Source of the DNA: Halocalculus aciditolerans
Lineage (GTDB): Archaea; Halobacteriota; Halobacteria; Halobacteriales; Halobacteriaceae
Direction of reading: 5' to 3'
Length of the DNA stretch: 64,000 nucleotides
Assembly (NCBI RefSeq): GCF_014647475.1
Contig: NZ_BMPG01000007.1
Span: 4,696-68,695 of the forward strand
Made by a program: the position numbers and the translations under genes. Below, one piece after another: positions 9,795 through 19,725 of this stretch (position 1 is the first letter of the stretch; each line of letters begins with the position of its first letter). The notes beneath the pieces are model-generated. The model searched no databases. It had not been told where the DNA came from and was given only the letters and a program-made list of their open reading frames with translations.

Positions 9795-9810
9795 GTCGCG
9801 CTTTTTACTC
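9795..9810. terminator. T-tract between convergent ppa and 2H-phosphoesterase genes
   Basis: The T5 run in gcgctttttac lies between two convergent stop codons; archaeal terminators are oligo-T tracts. Confidence 0.25.
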
Positions 9811-10464
9811 TTCGAGTTCGTAGGTGCGGAGCGTTTCGAGCGACGAGAAGGATTTCGCGGGGTCGCGTTCGACGAGGTGGAAGGCGTCGATCTCGATGGG
9901 GTCGGCGTCGATGTCGCGGTTGTCTTCGAGCCACTCGACGAAGTATTCGAAGTCGCTGGTGCTCCGGAAGTCGCCGAGCGTGACGTGCGGCGTGTAGGCG
10001 TCGCCGTCGTTGGGGAGGGCGGGGACGTCGGGGAGGGAGAGGAGTTCGCGGTGGATGCGTTCGAAGCGGCCGTCGGCGTCGATTTCGGCGAAGACGGAGT
10101 CGGGGAAGAGGTTGACGCGCTCGAGTTCGGCTTCGAAGGGTCGTTCGTCGGCGAAGACGTCCGCGGCGGCGTCCGCGGCGGCGTCCGCGGTGTCCGGGTC
10201 GAGTTCGTCGCCGCCGTCGGGGTCGTCGACGACGAATCCGAGCGGTTTCACGGCGACGTGAAGGTATTCTTCCGATACGGGGTGGACGCAGTCGAACCCC
10301 CCGACGGCGTCGGCGAGGTCGGCGAGGGTGTTCGCCGGAGCGCCGGTGAGTCGGACCACGAAGCTTCGGTATCGATGCCGTCCGTCAGCCCACGCGGCGC
10401 GAGTCTCCGCGTCGGTAACGACGGGGTCGAGTCGACGTTTTCGTCCCCAGTAGCCCGAAGTCAT
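9805..10464 (-). CDS. 2H phosphoesterase superfamily protein (LigT / RNA 2',3'-cyclic phosphodiesterase-like)
   Basis: Two H-x-T/S-x-type motifs (HVAVK and HVTLG) are spaced as in 2H phosphoesterases. Confidence 0.6.
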   Translation of the reverse strand: MTSGYWGRKRRLDPVVTDAETRAAWADGRHRYRSFVVRLTGAPANTLADLADAVGGFDCVHPVSEEYLHVAVKPLGFVVDDPDGGDELDPDTADAAADAAADVFADERPFEAELERVNLFPDSVFAEIDADGRFERIHRELLSLPDVPALPNDGDAYTPHVTLGDFRSTSDFEYFVEWLEDNRDIDADPIEIDAFHLVERDPAKSFSSLETLRTYELEE

Positions 10465-10856
10465 TAGGTGAACGGAGACGCCGGAGGGATTAGGCCCTTC
10501 GGGTATCCGACGAGATTACCAGCGGGCATGGACACCCGCGCGACCGATACGTTATGCGTATGGGTAATTTTAGGGATGGCGAGCGGCTATCCCCGGGTAT
10601 GGCAGCAAACCAGCCGATCGGCATCGACCACGTCACGGTCGTTCCCGGAGAGGCCGGCGCGGACGAAGAACCGGGCCGCGACGACGCGGACGAGGCCTGA
10701 ACGCGCCGCAACGCCCGGAGTCCGCCTTAGCCGAACGCGTACGCGGCGGCACGAGAAGGGCGTATGGCGGACGGCCGGGCGCGTGCTCGCGTCGTAGCCC
10801 GCGGCAATCGGGGGCGAAGGCTGAAGATACTTGTAGGCGACAGCGGAAGGTGGGGT

Positions 10857-12200
10857 ATGGGACTGTTCGACCGGCTGACGGGCGGGGATGCTCCGCGCGT
10901 CGCCTTCATCGGTATCGACGGGGTGCCGTTCTCGCTCATCGAGAACGAACCCGAGACGTTCCCGAACCTCCACCGCATCATGGAGTCGGGTTCTGGCGGT
11001 GACATCGACAGCATCGTGCCGCCGGAGTCGAGCGCGTGCTGGCCGTCGCTCACCACGGGCGTGAACCCCGGAAAGACCGGCGTGTACGGCTTCCAGGACC
11101 GGGAGAACGGGACGTACGACACGTACGTGCCGATGGGGAGTGACGTGCAGGCGGAGCGTGTCTGGGACCGCGTCACCGACGACGGCCGCGACGCGACCGT
11201 GATGAACGTCCCCGTCACCTTCCCGCCGCAGGGGAACGTCCAGCGGATGGTGTCGGGCTTCCTGTCGCCGGGCGTGAAGAAGGCGGCGCAGCCCGACGAC
11301 GTCGCCGCCTTCCTCGACGACATCGACTACCGCATCGACACGAACGCGAAACTCGGCCACCGCGACGACAAATCCGAGTTCCTCGAAAACGCCCACGAGA
11401 CGCTCGACGCGCGCTACGAGGCGTTCAAACACTACGTCGACGCGGACGACTGGGACCTCTTCTTCGGCGTCTTCATGACCACCGACCGCGTGAACCACTT
11501 CCTCTTCAAGGATTACGAGGAGGACGGCGAGAACAAGGAGGGGTTCCTCGAGTTCTACGAGAAGGTCGACCGCTACATCGGCGACCTCGAAGACCGCCTG
11601 CCGGACGACGTCACTCTGCTCGTCGCGTCCGACCACGGGTTCACGAGCGAGGAGTACGAAGTCCACCTGAACACGTGGCTGGAAGACGAAGGCTGGCTCG
11701 CGTTCGAGGACGACGACCACGACAGCCTCGACGACATCGACGGCGACACGAAGGCGTACTCCTTCATCCCCGGCCGGTTCTACATCAACCTCGAAGACCG
11801 CGAACCGCGCGGGAGCGTCCCCGAATCCGAGTACGAGGCCGTCCGCGACGAACTCAAGGGGAAGCTCGAAGGCCTCACCGGCCCCGACGGCGAGCAGGTC
11901 ATCGACCGCGTCGTCGAGAAGGAGGACGCCTTCGCCGGCGACCACGACGACATCGCCCCCGACCTCGTCGCCATCCCCGCGCACGGCTTCGACCTCAAAG
12001 CCGGCTTCAAAGGCCACGAGGACGTCTTCGACGTCGGCCCGCGAAACGGCATGCACTCCTTCGAGAACGCGACGCTCGTCAGCAGCGACCCCGACGTCAC
12101 CGTCGGCGACACCGACCTCTTCGACCTCACGCCGACCATCCTCGACCTCCTGGACGTGAACTACACGCCCCAGGAGTTCGACGGCGAATCGCTCGTGTGA
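10857..12200 (+). CDS. alkaline-phosphatase-superfamily phosphodiesterase / nucleotide pyrophosphatase (type I phosphodiesterase family)
   Basis: IGIDGVPFS...WPSLTTGVNPGKTGVYGF is the metal-site block and LVASDHGF is the second metal-binding block. Start trimmed to ATG 10857 (MGLFDRL). Confidence 0.75.
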   Translation: MGLFDRLTGGDAPRVAFIGIDGVPFSLIENEPETFPNLHRIMESGSGGDIDSIVPPESSACWPSLTTGVNPGKTGVYGFQDRENGTYDTYVPMGSDVQAERVWDRVTDDGRDATVMNVPVTFPPQGNVQRMVSGFLSPGVKKAAQPDDVAAFLDDIDYRIDTNAKLGHRDDKSEFLENAHETLDARYEAFKHYVDADDWDLFFGVFMTTDRVNHFLFKDYEEDGENKEGFLEFYEKVDRYIGDLEDRLPDDVTLLVASDHGFTSEEYEVHLNTWLEDEGWLAFEDDDHDSLDDIDGDTKAYSFIPGRFYINLEDREPRGSVPESEYEAVRDELKGKLEGLTGPDGEQVIDRVVEKEDAFAGDHDDIAPDLVAIPAHGFDLKAGFKGHEDVFDVGPRNGMHSFENATLVSSDPDVTVGDTDLFDLTPTILDLLDVNYTPQEFDGESLV

Positions 12201-12335
12201 AGCGCCTCGACGAGTCCCGGAACTGACCGCGACCGGGGCTACGAGGTGCGCGGCGGGCTCACCGAGAACCGAACGAGATCATCCTCGTCCTGGAGGAAGC
12301 CGTCGCCGAGGAGGGGTCGGTGAACGTCCTCGTCC

Positions 12336-12554
12336 GTGTCCGAGTTCCCGTGGCCGGACCGCGGCGCGTTAGAGGAGGACATCGCGTTCTGGCGGACGCA
12401 CGGCGACGACATCGAGAGGTACGCCGTCGTCGGCGGCAGGCGGTTCGCGGAGTCGGCGACTCGGCTCGGCGACCGCCTCACCGACCGCGACGTCCGCCAC
12501 TACGACGGCGGCGAAGTCGACGACGCCTGGGCGTGGCTGGAAGGCGGAGCGTAA
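12336..12554 (+). CDS. small acidic hypothetical protein (72 aa, GTG start)
   Basis: The ORF opens immediately after an in-frame stop and encodes a non-repetitive acidic product. It may be a gene remnant. Confidence 0.3.
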   Translation: MSEFPWPDRGALEEDIAFWRTHGDDIERYAVVGGRRFAESATRLGDRLTDRDVRHYDGGEVDDAWAWLEGGA

Positions 12555-13012
12555 CTAGAGGCCTTCGAGGCTGCGGAGTTTCTGTTCGACGTCGGGGGGT
12601 GCGCCGCTGGGGCCGTCGCGGACGCGGTGGTCGGGGACGACGAGCGGGAGGGGGTTGTCGGCGAGGGCGTTCCGCACGGCGTCGGCGCTCGTCTCGTCGT
12701 TCGGGTCGAGGCCGGGGGTCTTGGCGACGAGCTGGTCGACGGTGAGCTGTTCGCCGTAGGGGATGTCTCGCACGGCTTCGAGGACGCTGCGGTGGTCGGT
12801 GGGGACGGTGAGGCCGATGGTGACGTCCGCGAAGTCGTCTTTGACGCCTTCGAGGTAGGCGAGGATGCGGTCGAGGACGGGGTGGTCGGCTTCGGCGTCT
12901 TCGGGCGGGGCGTTCGGGAAGCTGACGGAGATGACGTTCTCGCCCGCGACGCCGATCTGCACGTACCGTTCGAGGTACGGGGCGTCGGCTGCGTAGATAC
13001 CGGCGTCGTCCA
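12555..13012 (-). CDS. MGMT-family (O6-alkylguanine-DNA alkyltransferase-like) protein lacking the catalytic cysteine (PDHRV instead of PCHRV)
   Basis: C-terminal [15 protein letters not shown] aligns to the NPxPxxxPCHRV active-site motif with Cys replaced by Asp. Start trimmed to ATG 13012. Confidence 0.65.
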
Positions 13013-13125
13013 TACGGGGAGGTCGGGTGTCTGCTTCTTCAAGCTTCCCACCCGCGGTTCCCGTCTCGCGAGCGCCCGCCACGTGGGAAAGACTAATGTA
13101 CAGATTAGCTCATTAGCGTACAGTA

Positions 13126-13896
13126 ATGAACGATGGAGTCGAGCTAGCGCCGGCGGTCCAGTCGATTCTGGACAGCGCGGACGACCGTCCGGGCGGCGCG
13201 GAGCGCGTGAGCGTGGACGCGCGGTCGCTGGACGAGGCGTTCGCGGCGGCGGACGCCGACGGACGCGTCCCGGTAATCGCGGAGGTGAAGCCGACGAGTC
13301 CGACGACCGAGGGCGAGCGGACGGAGGACCCCGTCGCGCTCGCGGAAGCGATGGTCCGCGGCGGCGCGGCCGCGCTGAGCGTCCTCACGGAGCCCACGCA
13401 CTTCGGCGGGAGCGTGGAGAACCTCGAACGCGTGCGGGCCGCCGTCGACGTCCCGGTGCTCCGGAAGGATTTCCTGCTCCGCACCGAGCACCTCGACGTC
13501 GCCGAGTCGGACGTCGCGCTCCTCATCGCGCGGTTCCTCGAAACCGACGAGGCGGACAGCCTGGAGGCGATGCACGCGGCGGCGCTGGAGCGCGGGTTCC
13601 AGCCGCTCGTCGAGGTCCACACGCGAGCGGAACTCGAAAGAGCCGTGTCGGTGGACGCGGAGTACATCGGCGTGAACAATCGCGACCTCGCCGAACTCGT
13701 CGTGGACCTCGGGACCTTCGAGGACCTCGCGCCGCACGCCCCGGACCACGTGACGCTCGTCGCGGAGAGCGGTATCGGGAATCCGGAGGACGTCCGGCGG
13801 ATGCGGGACGCGGGCGCGGACGCGCTCCTCGTCGGCTCCGCCATCATGGCCGACGGCGACGTCGAGGCGAACACGCGGGAGTTGGTGTCCGCATGA
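13126..13896 (+). CDS. trpC: indole-3-glycerol phosphate synthase
   Basis: TIM-barrel IGPS blocks ([37 protein letters not shown]) are present and the gene is the first of a trpCBA arrangement. Confidence 0.9.
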   Translation: MNDGVELAPAVQSILDSADDRPGGAERVSVDARSLDEAFAAADADGRVPVIAEVKPTSPTTEGERTEDPVALAEAMVRGGAAALSVLTEPTHFGGSVENLERVRAAVDVPVLRKDFLLRTEHLDVAESDVALLIARFLETDEADSLEAMHAAALERGFQPLVEVHTRAELERAVSVDAEYIGVNNRDLAELVVDLGTFEDLAPHAPDHVTLVAESGIGNPEDVRRMRDAGADALLVGSAIMADGDVEANTRELVSA

Positions 13897-15131
13897 GTCG
13901 CGCGGAGAACACTGGCAAATTCGGGCAGTACGGCGGGCAGTTCGTTCCCGAGGTGCTCATGCCCGCCGTCGAGGAACTCACGGACGCCCACCGGCGATAC
14001 GTGGTGGAGAACGAGGACGGCTTCATCGACGACTTCCGGAAGCGCCTCCGGAACTTCGGCGGGCGGCCGACGCCGCTCGGCCGCGCGGACAACCTCTCCG
14101 AGCGCTACGGCCACGACGTCTACCTCAAGCGCGAGGACCTCGTGCACGGCGGCGCGCACAAGCTCAACAACGCGCTCGGCCAAGCCCTCCTCGCGAAGTA
14201 CATGGGGAAAGACCGCGTCATCGCGGAGACGGGCGCGGGCCAGCACGGCACGGCGACGGCGATGGCCTGCGCGTACCTCGGCCTCGACTGCGAGATCTAC
14301 ATGGGCCGCACCGACATCAACCGGCAGCGGCCGAACGTCTTCCGGATGCGGACGCACGGCGCGGACGTGAACCCCGTCGACGTCGGCTCCGGAACGCTCA
14401 AGGAGGCGACGAACGAGGCGATGCGGGACTGGGCGACGACAGTGGAAGACACCCACTACGTCATCGGGTCGGTCGTCGGCCCGCACCCCTTCCCGACGAT
14501 GGTTCGGGACTTCCAGGCCGTCATCAGCGAGGAGGCGCGCGAGCAGTCCCGCGAGGTCATCGGGAGCCTCCCGGACGCCGTCGTCGCCTGCGCGGGCGGC
14601 GGGTCGAACACGATGGGCGCGTTCCACCACTTCGTCCCCGACGACGCCGTGAGCCTCTACGCGGTCGAAGCGGGCGGGAGCGCGCTCGGCGTCGAAGAAG
14701 CCGAGTCGTACGCGCCGAACTCCGCCTCCCTCGGCACCGGAACCGTGGGCGTGCTCCACGGCGCGCGGACGAAGCTCCTCCAGACGGGCGAGGGGCAGAT
14801 CGTCGAGTCCCACTCGGTCTCCGCGGGCCTCGACTACGCGGGCGTCGGCCCCGAACTCGCCTACCTCGTCGACGAGGAGCGAGTGACACCGGTGAACGTG
14901 GACGACGACGACGCGCTCGAAGCCTTCCACCGGCTGAGCCGCGAAGAAGGCATCATCCCGGCGCTGGAGTCGAGCCACGCGCTCGCCTACCTCGAACACG
15001 CGGACTTCGACGAGGACGACGCCGTCGTCGTGAACGTCTCCGGCCGCGGCGACAAGGACTTAGATACCGTCATCGAGGAGTCCGCGAAACGCGACCTCGA
15101 TATCGCCCCCGACATGGAGGTCTTCCGATGA
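13893..15131 (+). CDS. trpB: tryptophan synthase beta chain
   Basis: PLP-site blocks ([32 protein letters not shown]) are present. Its ATG overlaps the trpC stop (ATGA), and the track ORF 12627..15131 is an upstream read-through artefact. Confidence 0.95.
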   Translation: MSRAENTGKFGQYGGQFVPEVLMPAVEELTDAHRRYVVENEDGFIDDFRKRLRNFGGRPTPLGRADNLSERYGHDVYLKREDLVHGGAHKLNNALGQALLAKYMGKDRVIAETGAGQHGTATAMACAYLGLDCEIYMGRTDINRQRPNVFRMRTHGADVNPVDVGSGTLKEATNEAMRDWATTVEDTHYVIGSVVGPHPFPTMVRDFQAVISEEAREQSREVIGSLPDAVVACAGGGSNTMGAFHHFVPDDAVSLYAVEAGGSALGVEEAESYAPNSASLGTGTVGVLHGARTKLLQTGEGQIVESHSVSAGLDYAGVGPELAYLVDEERVTPVNVDDDDALEAFHRLSREEGIIPALESSHALAYLEHADFDEDDAVVVNVSGRGDKDLDTVIEESAKRDLDIAPDMEVFR

Positions 15132-15958
15132 CGAGAGCGGATGTCCGCGCGGCGTTCGAGGGTGAGCCGGCGCTCGTGCCGTACGTCGTCGCCGGCGACC
15201 CCGGCGTCGAGGAGACGAAGGCGTACGTGGAGGCGCTCGTCGAGGGCGGCGCGGACGTCGTGGAGCTCGGTCTGCCGTTCTCGGAGCCCATCGCGGACGG
15301 GCCGACGATTCAGGCGGCGATCCGCCGCGCGCTGGACGCGGGCATCACGCCGCGGGACTACCTCGACCTCGTGCGCGACCTCGACGTCGACGTCCCCATC
15401 GTCTGCATGACGTACTACAACCTCCTGCTCCAGTACGGCGCGGACGAAGCGGAGACGCCGGAAGACCTCGACGTGAGCGCGTTCGTCGCCGACGCCGCCG
15501 AGGCGGGTGTCTCGGGACTCATCATCCCCGACCTCCCGCTGGAGGAGTCCGACGAGCTCGAAGCGGCCTGCGAGAAACACGATATCGCGCTCGTCTACAT
15601 CGTCGCGCCGACGACGACGCCCGAACGCGCGGAGCGCATCCTCGAACACGCCTCCGGGTTCGTCTACGTCCAGGCGCGCATGGGGACGACGGGGGCGCGC
15701 GAGGACGTCTCCGGAGACACGCACGCGAGCCTCGACCGCCTCCGCGAGAAGAACGCGGACTTCCCGCTCGCTGTCGGGTTCGGCATCTCCGAGCGCGAAC
15801 ACGCCCGCGAGGTCGTCGCCGGCGGCGCGGACGGCGTCGTCGCCGGGAGCGTCTTCGTCGACATCATCGCGGAACACGCAGACGACGGCACCGCCGCCGA
15901 GCGCCTCGAAGAGAAGGCGTGCGAACTGAAAACGGGTGCCCGCGAGGGCGCTGAATAA
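15128..15958 (+). CDS. trpA: tryptophan synthase alpha chain
   Basis: [19 protein letters not shown] and the C-terminal GFGIS...GADGVVAGS blocks are present, and the 4-nt overlap with trpB indicates translational coupling. Confidence 0.9.
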   Translation: MTRADVRAAFEGEPALVPYVVAGDPGVEETKAYVEALVEGGADVVELGLPFSEPIADGPTIQAAIRRALDAGITPRDYLDLVRDLDVDVPIVCMTYYNLLLQYGADEAETPEDLDVSAFVADAAEAGVSGLIIPDLPLEESDELEAACEKHDIALVYIVAPTTTPERAERILEHASGFVYVQARMGTTGAREDVSGDTHASLDRLREKNADFPLAVGFGISEREHAREVVAGGADGVVAGSVFVDIIAEHADDGTAAERLEEKACELKTGAREGAE

Positions 15959-16004
15959 GCCGGAACCGGAACGACCATACCCGACTCTTTGCTACACAAT
16001 CGCA

Positions 16005-16790
16005 ATGACTGACGCTGGCAAATCTGCACGACTCGACCGCATCGGAAAAGACGGGAAGCTCGTCACCATCCCGATGGACCACGGCATCACCCTCGGCGCG
16101 GTGAAGGGCCTGAAGGACATCGAGGCGACCATCGACGCGGTGACACGCGGCGGCGCGGACGCCGTGCTCACACAGAAAGGCATCGCCGAACGCGTCCACC
16201 CGAACAAGAACGGCGCGGGCTACATCGTCCACCTGAACGCCTCGACGACGATCGGCCCGGACGCGAACGACAAACGCATGACTGGAACGGTCGAGGAGGC
16301 CGTTCGCGCCGGCGCGGACGCCGTCTCCATCCACGTGAACGTCGGGAGCGACCACGAGCCGAAACAGCTCGAAGACCTCTCCCGCGTCACGAGGAACGCC
16401 GAGCGCCTCGGGATGCCCGTGCTCGCGATGGCGTACGCGCGCGGCCCCGGCGTCGACGAGCACGACGCCACGAACCTCGGACACGCCGTCCGATTCGCCG
16501 AGGAAGCCGGCGCGGACATCGTGAAGACCGCGTACTCCGGCGACGCCGAATCCTTCCGGCACGTCGTCGAATCGACGTCGAAGCCCGTCATCATCGCCGG
16601 CGGCAGCCCGAAGGGCGACCTCGAAACCCTCGAAGGCGTCGCCGGCGCGATGGAAGCCGGCGCGGCCGGCGTCTCCACCGGACGAACCGTCTTCCAGCAC
16701 GACGACCCCGAAGCCATGTCGAACGCCATCGCCGCCGTCGTCCACGACGACGCCGACCCCGCCGACGCCCACGCCGAGTTCCTCGACTGA
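16005..16790 (+). CDS. aroA': 2-amino-3,7-dideoxy-D-threo-hept-6-ulosonate synthase (archaeal AroA', DhnA-type class I aldolase family)
   Basis: DhnA-type aldolase fold with a Schiff-base Lys region (DIVKTAYSGD), immediately downstream of trpA and upstream of aroB'. Start trimmed to ATG 16005. Confidence 0.75.
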   Translation: MTDAGKSARLDRIGKDGKLVTIPMDHGITLGAVKGLKDIEATIDAVTRGGADAVLTQKGIAERVHPNKNGAGYIVHLNASTTIGPDANDKRMTGTVEEAVRAGADAVSIHVNVGSDHEPKQLEDLSRVTRNAERLGMPVLAMAYARGPGVDEHDATNLGHAVRFAEEAGADIVKTAYSGDAESFRHVVESTSKPVIIAGGSPKGDLETLEGVAGAMEAGAAGVSTGRTVFQHDDPEAMSNAIAAVVHDDADPADAHAEFLD

Positions 16791-16925
16791 CCCGTCCGGC
16801 GAACCGGCCCAGACCATCGACTTCCTCCCCGGTTCTCGATACCCCTCCGGAGCGTTATCGAGGGCGGCCGCGGACGTTTCGGGCGTCTAACATCCTCTTC
16901 CGCCACGTTCAAGCCGGCCGCACGA

Positions 16926-18104
16926 ATGCGTAGGGGTATGACGCGGGAAGTCTGGCTGAAAGCCGACGCGGAGGTCGGTGACTGGGAGACGCGAAAGCAA
17001 CGAATCACCGCCGGCCTCGAATCCGGCGTGGACTGGGTACTCGTCGACGAGCGCGACGTCGGGCGCGTCCGCGAGCTCGGCTCCGTGAACGTCGCGGCGT
17101 TCCGCGCCGACGACGTCGACGTCATCGGCGACGCCGAGTCCGAGCACGCCGAGGCCGACGCCTACGTCGTCGGGAAGGACGGCGAGGGCGACGGCACTAT
17201 CGACCTCCCCGGTGACTTCTCCGGCTCTGCGGACCTGACGACGCTCCGGCGGAACGACGACGTCGTCGGCCAGTACGTCCGTATCTTCGACGAAGACTAC
17301 GAGGCGTTCGCGGAAGCCGCGGCGCGCGACGCCGACTACACCATCGTCGTCGGCGAGGACTGGACCATCATCCCGCTCGAAAACCTCATCGCGCGCATCG
17401 GCGACGAGACCTCGCTCGTCGCCGGCGTCACCACCGCCGAGGAAGCCGAAACGGCGTTCGAGACGCTCGAACACGGCTCCGACGCCGTCCTCCTCGACAC
17501 CGACAACCCCGACGAGATCCGACGCACCTGCAACGTCCGCGACGCCGCCGACCGCGAACAGCTCGAGTTCGAGTACGCTACCGTCGTCGACGTCGAGGAA
17601 GCCGGCTCCGCCGACCGCGTCTGCGTCGACACCGCCACCATGATGGACGGCGACGAAGGCATGCTCGTCGGCTCCATGAGCCGCGGGTTCTTCTTCGTGC
17701 ACGCCGAGACCGCCGACTCGCCCTACGTCGCCTCCCGCCCCTTCCGCGTGAACGCCGGCGCGGTCCACGCCTACGTCCGCACCCCCGACGGCACGACGAA
17801 ATACCTCTCCGAGCTCAAGTCCGGCGACGAAGTCCAGATCGTCGACACCGCCGGCCACACCCGCGAAGCCACCGTCGGCCGCGCGAAAATCGAGCGCCGC
17901 CCGATGTTCCGCGTCGAGGTCGAAACCGAGGACGGCGACCGCTTCGAGACCCTCATCCAGAACGCCGAAACCGTGAAAGTCGAGAGCGACGCCGGCCCGC
18001 TCGCCGTCACCGACCTCGCCGAGGGCGACAGCCTCCTCGTCTACCGCGACGAAGGCGGCCGCCACTTCGGCGAACCCGTCGAAGAACGCATCATCGAGCA
18101 GTAA
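16926..18104 (+). CDS. aroB': 3-dehydroquinate synthase II (archaeal AroB')
   Basis: About 390 aa with the DHQS-II architecture, directly following aroA' as in the archaeal shikimate variant pathway. Confidence 0.75.
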   Translation: MRRGMTREVWLKADAEVGDWETRKQRITAGLESGVDWVLVDERDVGRVRELGSVNVAAFRADDVDVIGDAESEHAEADAYVVGKDGEGDGTIDLPGDFSGSADLTTLRRNDDVVGQYVRIFDEDYEAFAEAAARDADYTIVVGEDWTIIPLENLIARIGDETSLVAGVTTAEEAETAFETLEHGSDAVLLDTDNPDEIRRTCNVRDAADREQLEFEYATVVDVEEAGSADRVCVDTATMMDGDEGMLVGSMSRGFFFVHAETADSPYVASRPFRVNAGAVHAYVRTPDGTTKYLSELKSGDEVQIVDTAGHTREATVGRAKIERRPMFRVEVETEDGDRFETLIQNAETVKVESDAGPLAVTDLAEGDSLLVYRDEGGRHFGEPVEERIIEQ

Positions 18105-18107
18105 ACG

Positions 18108-18145
18108 CACGTTTTTATTGCGGGCGGGTCGCGACGCGACCCGCT
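18108..18145 (+). terminator. oligo-T tract plus GC hairpin after aroB'
   Basis: cgtttttattg follows the TAA stop immediately, then the palindrome gggtcgcgacgcgaccc. Confidence 0.3.
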
Positions 18146-18301
18146 CGGTCGCCGGACGCTGGCCGATGGTTCGCTCGTTCTCTGTCACACGTCTCCGTAG
18201 GTCGTTCCGTACCTTCATCTCGGAGTGAGCGGACGCAGAACTCGACGCCTACCGCGTTCGCGGGGTCGTCGTGGCGGTTCTGGTCATCCAAGACGTCCGA
18301 T

Positions 18302-19201
18302 TCAGCTGACGCGGTCGTGGAAGGCCTCGACGGCGTCGTAGAGTCGCTCTCTGTTCTCCTCGAGTTGGAGGAAGTGCGTGCCGCCGGCGAGTTCCGCGTA
18401 GGTCGCGTCAGGCGTGGAGAGGTCGTCGTAGAGCGCGAGGGCGTCGTCGCGAGTGGACGCGGTATCACGAGAACCGCGGACGACGAGCGTCGGGACGTCG
18501 ATGTCGGCGGGGTCGTACTGGGGGTCGTCGATCGATGCGGCGAGGTCGGCGAGCGTTCCGTTCGGCGCGACCACGGTCTCGTCGCGGACGCGCTGACCGG
18601 ATTCGTCGAGCGTCGCCCAGAAGGCGTCGAAGGCGTCGTCGGGGACCGCGGCGTCGCGCTGTGCGCGCCACCGGTCGCGGGCGGTGTCGCGGTCGACGTG
18701 CCGGTAGGCCTTCGGCGGCTCTCCCGGTGCGTAGTAGTCGCGGCGGGACGCGGGCGGGCTGTAGACGGGCGCGTACTGGACGAGTGAATCGGCGTCGAAC
18801 CCGTCAGCGGTGAGCGCGTGCCCGGCCGTGATGGTCCCCCACGAGTAGCCGACGAGGTGGAGGGTGTCGTAGGTATCGCGAATAGCGGTGAAGGCGTCGG
18901 CGGCGTCGCTCGCGGCGGTCGGCGCGCGAACCACGGGGCCGTTGTCGGCGGCGGGCACGTCGAGTTCGGGCGGGCGCTCGGCGTCGCCGTACCCGCGGAC
19001 GTCCACGGCGAAAGCCGCGCGTCCAGCGTCGGCGACCGCGTCGAGCCAAGAGAACCCGTCCGGGGCGAACGCGCTGCGCCCGCCGTAGGTCGCGCCGTGG
19101 ACGAAGCAGACGGCTTCGGTGGCATCAGCGGGGGCGCGTTCCCAGCGCCGGAGTCGCGTCCCGTCGCTCGCGGTGACGTCAGTGTGGGCGAGTGCGGTCA
19201 C
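18302..19201 (-). CDS. alpha/beta-fold hydrolase
   Basis: Contains the nucleophile elbow GYSWG, an HGATYGG oxyanion-hole region and a C-terminal His. The N-terminal 150 aa of track ORF 18302..19645 is Arg-rich junk, so I use the GTG at 19201 as a tentative start. Confidence 0.7.
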   Translation of the reverse strand: MTALAHTDVTASDGTRLRRWERAPADATEAVCFVHGATYGGRSAFAPDGFSWLDAVADAGRAAFAVDVRGYGDAERPPELDVPAADNGPVVRAPTAASDAADAFTAIRDTYDTLHLVGYSWGTITAGHALTADGFDADSLVQYAPVYSPPASRRDYYAPGEPPKAYRHVDRDTARDRWRAQRDAAVPDDAFDAFWATLDESGQRVRDETVVAPNGTLADLAASIDDPQYDPADIDVPTLVVRGSRDTASTRDDALALYDDLSTPDATYAELAGGTHFLQLEENRERLYDAVEAFHDRVS

Positions 19202-19299
19202 GACCGCCGAGACGCACCGGACGCACAAACCGATGGCGGGCCGGTGAACGCGGCGAGAAGACCCCTCGAGTGAGCGGGGGTCGCGAGAGACGGGGGCGG

Positions 19300-19725
19300 C
19301 TACCGCGTCGAGTCGTACTGGTCGGCGTCGTCGACCCACTCGAGCTCCGTGGTGCACCACGGGCAGAAGTCGAGTTCGGTGTCGAGCGCGCGCCCGCAGA
19401 CCGGGCACGCCGGCTCCTCCGTCGCGTCGGCGGTGGAGGGCATGGACTGCTGGACGGCGACGCGGTAGGCGTCCACCATCGTCGCGAGGCGGACGGCGAG
19501 CACGCCGACGGTGACGTAGAGCGGGAACTCGTAGTCGACGAGCGCCATCACGCCGCCCTGCTGGGCGACCTGGTAGGCCGAGTCCGGCAGGAGGAGCGCG
19601 GCGGTGACGATGGCGAGCGCGAACCACGCGAACGCCCGCGCCCACGTCCGGAGGTAGGCGTGACCCAGCCCCGGGTAGACGAAGGCGAGCGCGCTCGCGA
19701 TGAGGCCGCGTCGATTCACGCTCAC
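19300..19725 (-). CDS. membrane protein with C-terminal zinc ribbon
   Basis: Three hydrophobic helices are followed by CPVCG...CPWC. Confidence 0.5.
   Translation of the reverse strand: MSVNRRGLIASALAFVYPGLGHAYLRTWARAFAWFALAIVTAALLLPDSAYQVAQQGGVMALVDYEFPLYVTVGVLAVRLATMVDAYRVAVQQSMPSTADATEEPACPVCGRALDTELDFCPWCTTELEWVDDADQYDSTR

Noticed and set aside
10599-10700. 33-codon ORF as a fragment of a glyoxalase/VOC gene (IGIDHVTVV)
   Set aside because: The resemblance is limited to about 8 residues and the downstream sequence does not follow the VOC pattern. I kept it only as a low-interest micro-ORF candidate.
12627-15131. 834-aa ORF fusing antisense and intergenic sequence with trpB
   Set aside because: trpB begins at ATG 13893 ([17 protein letters not shown], overlapping the trpC stop). 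Upstream in-frame sequence is Gly/Arg-rich and overlaps the MGMT-like gene and trpC.
18302-19645. 447-aa version of the alpha/beta hydrolase
   Set aside because: The first about 150 residues are Arg/Pro-rich and overlap the zinc-ribbon membrane gene on the same strand in another frame. The hydrolase fold begins near GTG 19201.
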